Positions 52,150 to 64,000 of a stretch of 64,000 bases of DNA are shown piece after piece (within the stretch, counting starts at the first letter, position 1; the number at the start of each line of letters is the position of its first letter). The notes beneath the pieces are model-generated. The model saw only the letters and a program-made list of their open reading frames with translations, was not told the origin of the DNA and searched no databases. The translations under genes and the position numbers were made by a program. Origin of the DNA: Paraspadella gotoi (taxonomy: Eukaryota; Animalia; Chaetognatha); assembly GCA_051294375.1 (NCBI GenBank), contig CM119264.1, forward strand, positions 28,902,586 to 28,966,585, read 5' to 3'.

Positions 52150-54619
52150 AGTAAAATGACAGGATTGAGAGAGATGTAAAGTAGATAAGTCAACAAGGCC
52201 CTCTACTGTAGAGTCTACAGTCTACAATTTTTGTGAATGAGACTCGAAATCAATTTCGGCGAAAGTTAAAACTCAAGATCGACTTAAAAACAATTCGAAA
52301 CAAGTTTTACAAACTCTTGAAATAACAACAAAAGACAAAAATCGCTTTGTACCATTCCCTTCGAAACTTCTTCTCATTGATAGTGGGCGTGCTCTTTGAA
52401 AAATCAATTGTGAATAGATTAATATGGAACAGATTCATGTAGGATAATTAAATCGGGGCAGAACGACCGAACGTCCCAATAGTGAGTTACCGTAGTGTAA
52501 TGGTAGAACCTGTGACCAGAAACGATTCAGTTAATCACGCGAGAGACAATTAATACGAAGAGAATCACAAAGGATTTTTTTTCTTCCTACAAATTTCACG
52601 GAGAAGAAAAATATATTTTTGGTTTTAATCGAAATTGGTAGGATCCACATGTTAAACGATTTAGCTTCTAACTGGAAATGCTAATGCGAATTCGAAAAAC
52701 AAACTTGCCCCTTGAATTTTTTTGCGTCAGTCTCCAGGGGTCATCGGGTTTTTCCATTGTCAGTGTTGAAAATAAGATGACGACGATGAAGATGGCATAA
52801 ATTTGAAATGCCATCCGCGCCGAATTAATTTGAAACTCAAATTTGGGAGAATTAATTGAAGCAGCGAATTAATTGAAGTTCGAGATGCAAAAATTAAAAG
52901 TAGGAGATAAGAAGACCCTCACAGTCCACGGGTTCGTTAGCCGCACTTTAACTTTGAAACGCTAACTGCCCAGCGTAAACTAATACTTATTTAATCTCGT
53001 CTTGATTAATTAAGATAAAAAAAAAATGGAGAAAACAACAAAGTTCTTATTGAAAAAATATGGTTAACAAACTTTATTTTCTATAAATTTCGAAAGTCGA
53101 AACACAATGATTAAATAATTAAAACGTAGCCAATTTTTTTTTTATATTCCTTTGACCGAATTAAATAATATTAAATTTCGAACAAAGTTTACGAGGCTGA
53201 TCTACGTGGATGACAGAGAGGGGAGAAATTATGAAGCGGGCCGGAAAGAGAAAAGCGATTCGCTCATGGGGGAGCGGGGGTTGGGGCGATGTGATGGGAG
53301 GGGGGAGAATGAATAAATGATTTGAGGATCGGAAAATGACGCCATCGCTGGTTTCTTTGTTGCAAGATGGATGTCATCCGTCGACCGACAACCTCCTTTT
53401 TTTTTATCTCTTTATTATATTTCGATTATCATTCGCTTCAAAGCGACATCTTCATTTTTTTTTCTAGTTCTCTCTTTTATGTTACATAACTTTTCGGTCA
53501 AAATAAAAACAATTTAAAAAAATAAAGCCGCGAGGAGTTGTTTTGAGCTGTGGGAGTTCGTATCGCAAGTTACGTCGCAGGGGCGCCATCGTTTTTAACT
53601 GTTTATATCTGTTACATTGAAAAATCATTGATAGAAGCAGCTTTGGAGACTGAGAGAACCGGCGTAGTTCATTACCCATTTTCCCTAGCGTCCGTGATAG
53701 TGCAATATGTAGGTGACTGTGTTGTTGCTTCTTGCTTTCAATACGTTTGAATTTTAAGCCACTTTCTTTACCTAAAAAAAATCCCCATAACGAATGATCA
53801 ACTAAAGAACGCTGGTCCTATTCTATAAACCTGGGCGTAGTTTTATTACCAAGAAGGAAAATGGCTTGTTCCATTTAAAAAATGATATATTCATCGTTGC
53901 TGCAATATGCAAATGTAATTTATGGTTTCCTTTAGTCAGGTTTAAAGTTTGAGGACTAAATACGGTCTATTTCTGCTATTGATATTTCACTTTGAGGTGC
54001 AAGTGATTTTTAAATTGAGACAAACTTATTCATTATTCGTAAATTAAGTAATGAGGGGAGACAAACCAGCAACTTAAATTCCACTTTCAATTATTTTGTA
54101 TGCTTTTGAATTAAATTCGTCCGAGTTACAACGCATTATCCAAAAGAGAGAATGACGACGACGACGACGACGACAAAGGTCATGATTTACGAGGATGACG
54201 ACTAAAGTTGATGAGATCGATATTAGCTATTGTGTTTACTATTCCGTACTTTCAAGATGATTGCCAAGAAAATTAAACTAAGAAGAAAAGCTTTTACAGT
54301 ATTACTAATAATTGTTTATTATTTATCAAGTTACTCTTTTACTCTTCCTATGTTTTGTTTCTAAATTTATTCATAAGCTCTCGTAGGAATTTTTTGTTTA
54401 GTTATTGGTAATTTTAGGAACTTTTAGCCATAATATGATGCAGACAACGAACACGACAATAACAACAACAACCACAACGACGACGTCACCAGCGATGGAA
54501 ACCCGGCGTTGGAACCGGCGTCGCGTCGTTGACTCCATGGGCGCCGGTTAGATGAATAACGGGAAGATTTGGCGCCGAAGGAAAACAGACGTCGAACGCA
54601 GCTTCGATTTTCGAAATGG

Positions 54620-55090
54620 GCGGGAAATAGGGAGGAAGATTTAGGAGAGGATGGGGGAAAATTTGTGAGATTATGGGGAAGATTTAGGAGAAAATGGTGG
54701 AAGATTTAGGAGAGGATGGGGAAAGATTTGTGAGAGGTTTGGGGAAGATTTAGGAGAGGATGGGGAAAGATTTAGGAGACGGTCGTGAAAAACATTTAAT
54801 AGGATTTAGAAGAGGCTGGGGGGAAGATTTGTGAAAGGAAGGAGGACAATTTTAGTGACCAGAAAACACTGAAAAGATGGTGGAGGAAGATCTACAAAAG
54901 AATGGGGAAATATTTAAAAAAGAGTGGGAAAAGATTTAGAGAGGTGGGAAAGATTTCGGATAGGGTTGAGAAAGATTTAAAAGAAGGTGGGAGGGAAGAT
55001 TTTGAAGATTGTCAGGGAAGATTTGGGAGAGGGAAGGAGAAGATTTGGAACAGAAAGAGAGAAAATTTAGCAGAGAATGGGGGAAGATGG
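54620..55090. repeat. ~21-bp minisatellite GGGAAGATTTAGGAGAGGATG
   Basis: Repeated gaagatttaggagaggatgggg variants. Confidence 0.8.
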
Positions 55091-55414
55091 GAGGATGAGT
55101 TAGCAAAGGCGAAGAAGGTGGATAGAATGATTTAGTTGTACGGAAATGGAGTCGGGTGGGAAGATGAGATGTTGAAGCGTTGAAGGGATACAGTGTCTAA
55201 ACTAGTCAATTCCTCTTAATTGGTTAAGATTAATTGCGGTTTATGTTTAGAAGAAAAAAAAAAAAAGAAAAATCGGGTGGGGAGGGAGGGAGGTGCTTGG
55301 AGAAAAGGTTGGGGGCGGAGGTGACGACGTAGAGAGGGAGTCAACGTTTGCCCCCTTTTGCTCCTTTGACTTTTAATGAAAAGACGAGCGGCGCCGACGA
55401 AGAGAGAATTACTG

Positions 55415-56070
55415 AAAGGGAGTAAAAGGAGGAAAGGGAGGAAAGGAAAGGAGAGGAGGAAAAGAGGAAAGGAAAGGGAGGAAGGGAGAGGAAGAAAGAA
55501 GGAAAGAAGGGGTGGAAGGGAGAGAAGGAAAGAAAAGGAAGGAAAAGGAGAGAAGAAGGTAAGGAAAGGGAGGAAAAAAAGGAGAGGAGGAACGGAGGAA
55601 AAGAAAGGGAGGAAGGGAGATGAGGAAAGAAGGAAAGAAGGGGTGGAAGGGAGAGTAGGAAAAAAGGAAGAAGGAAAGAAAAGGAGGGAAAGAAAAGGAG
55701 AGGAGGAAAGGAGGAAAGGAAAGGGAAGAAGGAAGATGAGGAAAGAAGGAAAGAAGGAAAGAAGGGGTGGAAGGAAGAAGAGGAAAGAAAAGGAAGGAAG
55801 AGGAGATAAGAAGGAAAGGAAAGGGAGGAAAGGAAGAAAAAAGGAAAGGATGAAAGAAAGAAAGGAAAGGGAGGAAGGAAGAGGGGAGAAAAAGGAAAGG
55901 TGTGGTAGGGAGAGGAGGGAAGGAGGAAAGGAAAGGGAGGAAAGGAGAGGAGAGAAATAAGTCAAGGAAAAGGAGGAAGAGAAACCATATCAAAAACAGG
56001 AAAAAGAATTAAAATTGTAAAATTGAAAGGAGAATAAAAAAGAAGAAAATGAAGAAAAAAGAAAAAAAAA
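55415..56070. repeat. Polypurine low-complexity tract (pyrimidine-rich counterpart at ~56990-57465)
   Basis: Almost pure A/G on the + strand; source of the spurious Lys/Arg/Glu ORF 55376-55960. Confidence 0.85.
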
Positions 56071-56436
56071 GAGAATTACAATAAAAAAATAATTTTGTCT
56101 CTGTTTTGATTCTATCTATAAACTTACATTCTCGCGAGAAAGAAAAAAAAGGGTCTTGGTTTGAAAATATTTTTCCTTTAATGCCTCACCTTACCTTACC
56201 TTGCAACTCCGCCCACTATTGCCAAGTTTCAGACAATAAAAACCTTTACTCTAAAATAATCATCGTTATTTTAATTAAACTTTGTTAGAAAAAAAGGAAC
56301 AAATTATGAAAAAGAAGAAAAAAAGAGAAAGAAAAAAACTCGATCGAAAGAAACGAAAATCGGACAAAAACATTTTTTTCCTTCGTTAAAAAACTCGTTT
56401 TTCATGTTTTCGTATTTTCACCCCCGAAATTATTGA

Positions 56437-56515
<79 letters not shown>

Positions 56516-57533
56516 GTGGCCTTGGAATCTGATATTAGTTTTTCCTCCCTTTTAGTAAGGCCGTGTCACTGCCGTTATTAACAACACTAACAAAACAACA
56601 GCAACAACAACAACAACAAAAACAACAACAGCAACCCTCTTCCGTCTAAACTCGTTTCATGTTTAATACTTTTCATGACTTAATACGTCATTTAAAAAAA
56701 TTTTCCTCTTCCTTCGTAATATTATTTTATTTATGTTTTCTTTTTCATGATTTTGGGCGAATTCTATTTCCATTTCTTAAAGTTATAGTAATACCTTTTT
56801 CCCAGCTTTTTCCTTTCCTTCTTCACCAAATTCCTTTTTCCCTCTTTTCCTTCATATCACATTTCACTGAGTCAAAACTCGATTCCAGCTTTCCTCTTCT
56901 TGGTTTTCATCCAAGTATATTTCCTATTTGGGCATTTTAAATAATATCCTAATTTATAACATTTTTTTTAATCTTTATTTTCTGTCCTTTTTTATTTTCT
57001 TTCTTCGTCTCCCATTTCTCTCCTTCCTTCTTTCTTTTCCTTTTTCTTTCTTTTTTTCTCACATCTACTCAAGTTAGATTCTCTTTTCTCTTTCCTCTAC
57101 TCTAACTTTTTTAGTTTATTTTTCTTATTTTTTCTTTCGTCCTTTCCTCTATTCTTCCTTTTTTTCTTTTCATTTTATTCTTTCTTTTTTTTCTTTCCCC
57201 TTCCCCTTTTAATTTACCTTTCTTTTCCTCTTTCCTCCTTTTCTTCCTTCTATTTCCTCCATTTCGTTCTCCTCTTTCCTCCATTTCTTCCTCCTCTTTC
57301 CTCCTTTTTTCCCTCTTCTTTCCTCCCTTTCTTCCTACGCTTTTCTCCCTTCCTCCTTCACTTTCTTCTCTTTCCTCCTTTCTTTCCTCCTTTTCTTTCT
57401 CTTCTTTCCTCCCTTTCTTCCTCCGCTTTCTTCCCATCTTTCCTTCACTCTCTTCTTCCCCTCGCAATAAGCAAAGGGTTTTCCCGGAAATGAGATTGTT
57501 CGACGAAGACGCCGACCGCCTTTTAACGCGTCT

Positions 57534-57659
<126 letters not shown>

Positions 57660-58057
57660 CTCTTTCCGATTTTGGCAGAGTACTGGCTTTTTGACAATAC
57701 TCGTTCCATGTCATGTCGTCCAAGTTGAAAAGCCATTCACCTGTCAAGACCAAGAAAATAACTCTACTATTCCGATGAAGTCATCTTATGACATTACTTA
57801 ATACTTAATACTTTATACTTATAATACTTATAATAATATCTCAGTCCTTTCTCCCTCTGGTCTCCATTTCAACTCAAACTCTCTACATATTCACTATTCA
57901 TTATTCACTATTCACAGAACCTTGTCAGGAAGAAACTGTCGACGTGAAGTAATCAGAAAAATACGGAAAAATATTTAGCATTCATAAGTGAATTTAATCA
58001 CGCAATGAGCGTTCACAACCTGAAGTCTCAATTATTTTAACTGTCAGGGGCGGCAAA

Positions 58058-58174
<117 letters not shown>

Positions 58175-59196
58175 ACAACATCTTACGTCATCTTCATTTC
58201 ACACAGAATCACAATCCCTTTAAACTCCAACGGTTTTCACATTTCCTCCACGTCGAGATTTACTCACCGTCACAAATCAGACTCACAAATCGAGTGAAGC
58301 GAAATAACAAGATCCAGACTCGACACTCAACCAAAGTCACCGCTTTAGTTTAGTTTAGTTTAGTTTGGAATTATATTATTTTAAAATTTTAAGTTAACTT
58401 CTCCGTTCGCTATTTCGCTTTGAAGCATCCAGTTACGTCCTACTCTTTTTATTCCACAGACTTGACCGACAGACAGATAGACAAATAGACAGACAGATTC
58501 AAAAATGGTCAGGCAAACTGATAGAAAGATAAACAGACAGATACATATAAAGATAGGCAATAGACATTTAGGCAATTAGGCATATATACAGACAAAAATA
58601 AAGACAGACTGACAAACAGACTGATAGAAAGATAAACAGATAGACGGATAAAAATAAAAACAATAAAAAATGCGTCATATACATTAAAGGATGTAAGCCG
58701 TGACCAAAAATCGCTTAGACGCTCTGGAGGTAGAAAAACGGAACATTAAAAATCAAATCATGCGTTTTAATTGGCTTTCACTCACACTCACAATTGGCTC
58801 TCACTCACTCCCACAATTGGCTCTCACTCTCCGCTCGTTGAATGAGCTTAATTTCTCCCGATGCCTGGAGCTAAATTCGTAATTTCTCTTTAAAGATTAA
58901 GTAAGAATTTAAATAAAATAATAATAAAAGCAGAAATTAGTCTTTTACTGGCTGTTTCTATATCGACTTTGAAATGTGAAATCAAGGGATTAAAGTACGT
59001 CGACATACTAATGATACTGTGATTCCGCAATGCCGCGATGCCCCGATACTCTCGCTCGTCGCCGGAGGAATCTTCCATGAAAAAGACATAAACTTTTAAA
59101 TCGCTGTCGTTATTACCTACGCCGTTACTAATGCCATTAACGTCATTACTAATCCCATAGACGACAGTCGGGGAAGCCGCTCCGACGTTGACCCTA

Positions 59197-59233
<37 letters not shown>

Positions 59234-59304
59234 TAACTTTCTCTCTCGTTTTTTAGATACGTGAAGCAATCCTTTCCTTTTCCCGCCGGTTCAGAAATTT
59301 GAAA

Positions 59305-59480
59305 TACAAATCCGGATGTAATAGGAAATTTGAAGAAAAACGCGAATATGATAAGAAATTCTAGGGAAAAATCCGGATGTAATAAAAAACATGAGTTAAA
59401 AATACGGATGTAATAAAAAACATGAGGTAAAAATCCGGATGTAATGGCCGAACATGAAAATGTGAAGAACCGGAAGTGAA
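59305..59480. promoter_or_regulatory. ~31-bp tandem repeat carrying ETS-type sites (CCGGATGT x3, ACGGATGT, ACCGGAAGT)
   Basis: tccggatgtaat at 59311, 59372 and 59434; tacggatgtaat at 59403; accggaagtg at 59469. Confidence 0.5.
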
Positions 59481-59583
59481 TTCGAGGCGAGAACTCGATT
59501 CTTCATTCTTTGCTCGTTCAGGTCGCGAACTTTGGCCTCTGGCCGAAGACGTCATGGCGAAGAGAGAGAGAGAAGAGAGAGAG

Positions 59584-59620
<37 letters not shown>

Positions 59621-61971
59621 TTTCTTTGTGAGAGATCTTAAATGCTCAAAATTTTAGTTATTTATTCGTTTTGTTAAGAAGCTTTAAAAAAGCTTATGAG
59701 CTTAAAACGATCCGCTTTTGATCTTGATTCGTTAAATTTGCATATTTAGAAAATTATTTTTTATCTAGTGCCCTAAAAATAAAAATATAACACAGTCTTC
59801 TTCAACGTTTCCTCCCGATTAAATTTTGTGTCGCGGCATTCTAAAAACCGCCGCGCGTTTTCATTACTTATGACTTTTACTGACGGCGGATCGCGGTTTC
59901 GAATCTCGCCCACAAGCCTGCAAACATGGCAGAGTCGGTTTAACTGTATGTACGGGTCAACGACCAGAGATGTTTAGCAGAACCCGAACCTCAGAGGCAG
60001 ACCTCCAACTTCCTATGTTCTTTTTTTCTCCTCCTCCTCCCCTTTTCCTCCTCCCTTCCACCTCCTCCTCATCCCCTCACGACGACGACGGCAACGAAAA
60101 ATACCTGTTAATATGCAAATGATTATGAGAGACGAGAGACCGGCACAGTTAACCGGCACAGTGAACCGGCACACCGAATTTACGAGGATCTTTCGGAGAC
60201 AACGAAGAGAATATATCACGAGGTATTTACGTCTAATTACGTCTAATTAACGTCACCTCATAAATGAAAATTAAGGTAAATTACATCAGTTTAGGTTATA
60301 AAAGAAACGTTAGTAACGTCGTGAGTCATCGGTGGAATAAAAACAAAAAGACAGTATTTGTCACTCAGTTGGATGTAATATTTTTCAAAAGCTTCCCATT
60401 TCTCCTTAAATTTAAAATTAGGTTAATATAGGACTAAGCTCTGACTAACAAAGCCCGAGGTTTTTTTTAATATATTCTTATACCGGCCAAGGTAGAATGA
60501 TGGCAATATTGTTAATATTAAGTTTCAAAAAAGTCCGACCATAAATATAGAAAATATTAACCAAAATCTTAGGAAAATCCACCCCTTCTTTGGAAGATTT
60601 TTTTCCATAGAAGATTTTTCCCAAATCTGACTCCCGGTTGAAAACTCTTAGAATTCCGATCGTTAGCTCCTCTTTTACTTTTACTTTAAATAAAAATTTC
60701 ACAAAAATGGACTAATTCACTTTCCCATGATCATATCATATCAAAATAACCAAATAAAATGTAAAGAAAAATTTTGAAAGCCCTTCAGACACTTTGCCAA
60801 AGAATTCCAAAATTGGACCTTATTTGTTGAACAGTAACGTTTATATCGTTTTCAAGGAAAAAAATCCCTTTCATTTCTATATAAAATCAGAGATGGAAAA
60901 TTTTTTTGTCCAGAAGCAGTCTATTTGTTCTGGCTTGTTTGAGATCAAGATGATTTGATTTGATTTGATGATTTGACAAGAGAAAAAAAATGCGAGCCCT
61001 TCAGATATAACAGGATCAGAATTAAGTGTTTTTACAGCGATTTTTTACCGGAATTTTTCCCAGGAACGTTTATATTGTTTGGTAGTCAGATTTGAACAAA
61101 AATCTTCCTTGATCTCTAAATACGACGTCGGCTCCTAGTTAATAGTGAGGGTCAGAAGTGTTGTTTGGCGAATACGCTTTTTTAAGGTTATGTGTTAAGG
61201 TTAAAATTAAGTTGAGGCGCTTTCAGAAATTCAACATTAAGAACCAAGTATATTTTTCCTCAAGTCTTCGAGCTCCAAGCAAATTCCTTTTTACGACAGA
61301 TTATCATCTTCATCCGATGATAAGTGATAAATATCGTGTCAGTGTGACATGACAGGAAATTATTCTGTCTTGACAGAAGAGAAGATGGTGAAGGCAGAGG
61401 CGACGACGACGATGACGACGACGCGGACGACGATAACGAAGAGGACGCCGACGTCGATGACGGCGACGACGAAACGAGGACGACAAAAACGACGACGACC
61501 GCGACGACGACGACAGCGACGACGACAACAACGACGACGGTCGCGATTGTGTGAGAAATTCTCTTTCTTTTGTGTTGAGATTAAATGAAGTTGGAATTGA
61601 ATGCGAGTGGCTGTGGAAGGGGAATGGGAGGTAGAAGGGGGTTGGGGGGTAGAAGGGTGTTAAAGGAGAGTTGGGGTTTAGGGGTTATGGCCCCTGGTGT
61701 GAAGATTGCCAGTCTAGAAGGGTTAAAGCTGGATGTTACATATTGATAAAGACGTCAGTGACAAAAACCCGGCGGAGACAAATACGTGAATCAAAGGCTT
61801 CGTCAAACAAAAGCCACGATTTTCGGTCATTCACCCGCGATTGTGAATTCAAAGTCTTCACAGGTTCACAGGTTCACAGGTTAAAAAGGTCGTTGAACTC
61901 GTGATTAAGTCTGAATTTATTCAGAGTGACGTGAGTCTTTGCAACTCATTTGTAAGGTTGATTCTTTTGGA

Positions 61972-62035
61972 AACTATGCGTCAATTTCGCGTCAACTCTG
62001 CGTCAAATTCGCGTCAACTCTGCGTCAATTCTGAC
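61972..62035. repeat. 11-bp minisatellite (GCGTCAACTCT/GCGTCAAATTC)
   Basis: Five gcgtcaa cores at 11-bp spacing. Confidence 0.8.
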
Positions 62036-62062
62036 ACTAATGCAGCTTTTCAGCTTTAGATG

Positions 62063-62063
62063 A

Positions 62064-62150
<87 letters not shown>
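62063..62150. repeat. (AAT)n microsatellite
   Basis: Pure aat run. Confidence 0.95.
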
Positions 62151-62929
62151 TATCATCATCATCATAAAAATAAGTTTCAGATGACGAGGTGGTAATTTAA
62201 AATAATTTTTTAACTTTATTAATCTAAATTCTAATTCACTAATTATTCCGATCTTTTAATCTTTTCCTTCCATCGATTAATCCCATTCAATTTAATAATT
62301 TTTTACCTTTCATCAAATTAATAATCCTTTTCTCTTTTTATCGAGCCATGACCGGTTTGCTTCTTTGTGACGTAGTCGTCGTCGTCGTCGTCCGTCGTCG
62401 TCGGGCGTCACGCTGTTTTCATATAAAAACTACTAGCTTTTTATAGGTTTGGCTGTGACTTAACCGTTTTCTTTTAAATAAAATTATTATGAATTATGAT
62501 AACGTTTTACAAAAGTGTGCGATCATAGTAGGTTAAAAATTTAGATTGGCTTCTCATCTTGAAATAGCTTTGATATTTTCTTATTACATTTGGATTTAAG
62601 TATTTTTTGTTTGAATTTCCACTTCATTATGATTTACTGAAATATGCAAATGAGATTATAGTACTCATTATAATATCCAAATTAGTATATAGAAATGCTT
62701 TAATCTAATTTACATATTGGCAGTATATAATATTGAAGAATGAAATTCAAAAATTTTTTTTAAATCTATAATAAAAATGGGAACTCAAAATAACTTTTTA
62801 ATAGAGAAGCTATATTTAATTTTAATACAAATAAAAATAAAATCTTTTACAAGCTGCGATTGGAAAAAATTGGAAAAATTTCCAATTGTAAACATTGTAA
62901 CATTTTTGCCTTTCTTTTATTTATTTTAA

Positions 62930-63336
62930 TTATATATATATTTTTTAGGCGCTGCTTTTTCTGAATCGTTTAAAAAACGAGTTCAGGTCCTCTCTCAGTC
63001 TCTCTCAGTCTCTCTCTGTCTCTCTCGTGTGTGCGTCTGTCTCTCTCTGTACGATTCTTGCCATGATCGTTCGTTTTTTTGAAAAATTCTGATTATTTTT
63101 TTCTTTCTAAAAAAAATATATATTTGATCAGGCGCTGCCTTTTCTGAATCGTTAAAACGAGTTTCAGGCTCTCTCTCTCTCTCCCTCCGCTCCCTCCGTC
63201 TCCTCTCTCTCTCTTCTCTTCTCTTTCTCTCTATCTCTCTCTCTCTCTCTCTCTTTTTTTTTTATAAAAAAAAAATTATTCACTTTTTTTTTCAACCACC
63301 GTCACAAGGCGACGAGTAAACGAGTTCCGTCTCCCT

Positions 63337-63372
<36 letters not shown>

Positions 63373-63460
63373 TTCTTCTCTCATCTCCTCTCCTCTTCTC
63401 TCTTTTTTACGATCGTTCGTTTTTTGAAAAATTCTTATTATTTTTTCCTTCTAAAACTTT
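62930..63460. repeat. Degenerate ~185-bp tandem repeat (about 3 copies)
   Basis: aggcgctgc..ttttctgaatcgtt..aaaacgagtt at ~62947 and ~63130; gatcgttcgttttt..gaaaaattct at 63065 and 63411. Confidence 0.7.
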
Positions 63461-64000
63461 TATTATGGCATTTATTTTTCTCAATACAAAATCCCAAATT
63501 TACATCCGAGATTTTCGTGATTCATTTTAGAAAAAGGGAAGAATAACTTATAATTCAGGCAATGTCCCATGTACATCAACTTGTGTGACAGGTAGGCGAT
63601 AACCTGCTATATATCCGGCAATTGCGCGATTAATATAAATATATATAATATAAAAATATACAATCTAAAATTATCATTCAAGATTAAAATTTTTTAAGAT
63701 GAGGAAATAGAAATTATTTGAATAAGTAAAAAAAATATTTGGAAGTCAAAAATATCATAGTCGTTAACTGATTATTGTCAACTATATCTTTTGTTAATAG
63801 AGATTAAAATTTTTTGATCATTCTTATTGAAAATAGTTTAGCTTTATAGCGACGAGTTTTCATTTCATACAATCAATATCAATCTCATTCATTTTCAATA
63901 ATAGGCAAAAAAAAAAGGTTTTCAACCTCATTTTGAACTAGATGAACAAAAGACTGCGTAATCACACTCTAATAAAACAATTTTATTTTTATTACGCCAC

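Noticed and set aside
59738-62655. Octamer ATGCAAAT motifs (also ~15788, 53907) suggesting snRNA genes
   Set aside because: No recognisable snRNA body nearby, and the motif is expected by chance in AT-rich DNA.

Overview
AT-rich, microsatellite-dense eukaryotic (metazoan, probably invertebrate) scaffold with spliced genes. Most ORFs in the track are (AG)n/(CT)n artefacts. (1) A minus-strand EPS8/arouser-family adaptor gene (3139-17737) can be rebuilt with phase-consistent junctions. It has a Ser/Ala/Gly-rich N-terminus, the EPS8 central region ([17 protein letters not shown]; [21 protein letters not shown]; [11 protein letters not shown]; [12 protein letters not shown]), an SH3 domain and a polyQ tail. 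It includes a GC-AG intron and a 27-nt micro-exon, and no PTB or SAM domain is visible. (2) A plus-strand XK-related multi-pass membrane protein gene (~43626-46628) has an unusually long C-terminal TM extension and one in-frame TAA in its best splice model. The window also holds a tentative small gene at the left edge, several satellites, fold-back inverted repeats, RFX X-box and ETS-site clusters, and TE remnants. Blocks between ~25-N gaps look like uncorrected long-read gap fills that duplicate nearby sequence, including a corrupted copy of a partly missing EPS8 exon. No rRNA, tRNA, CRISPR array or prokaryotic system was found, and no clearly novel biological system could be established.
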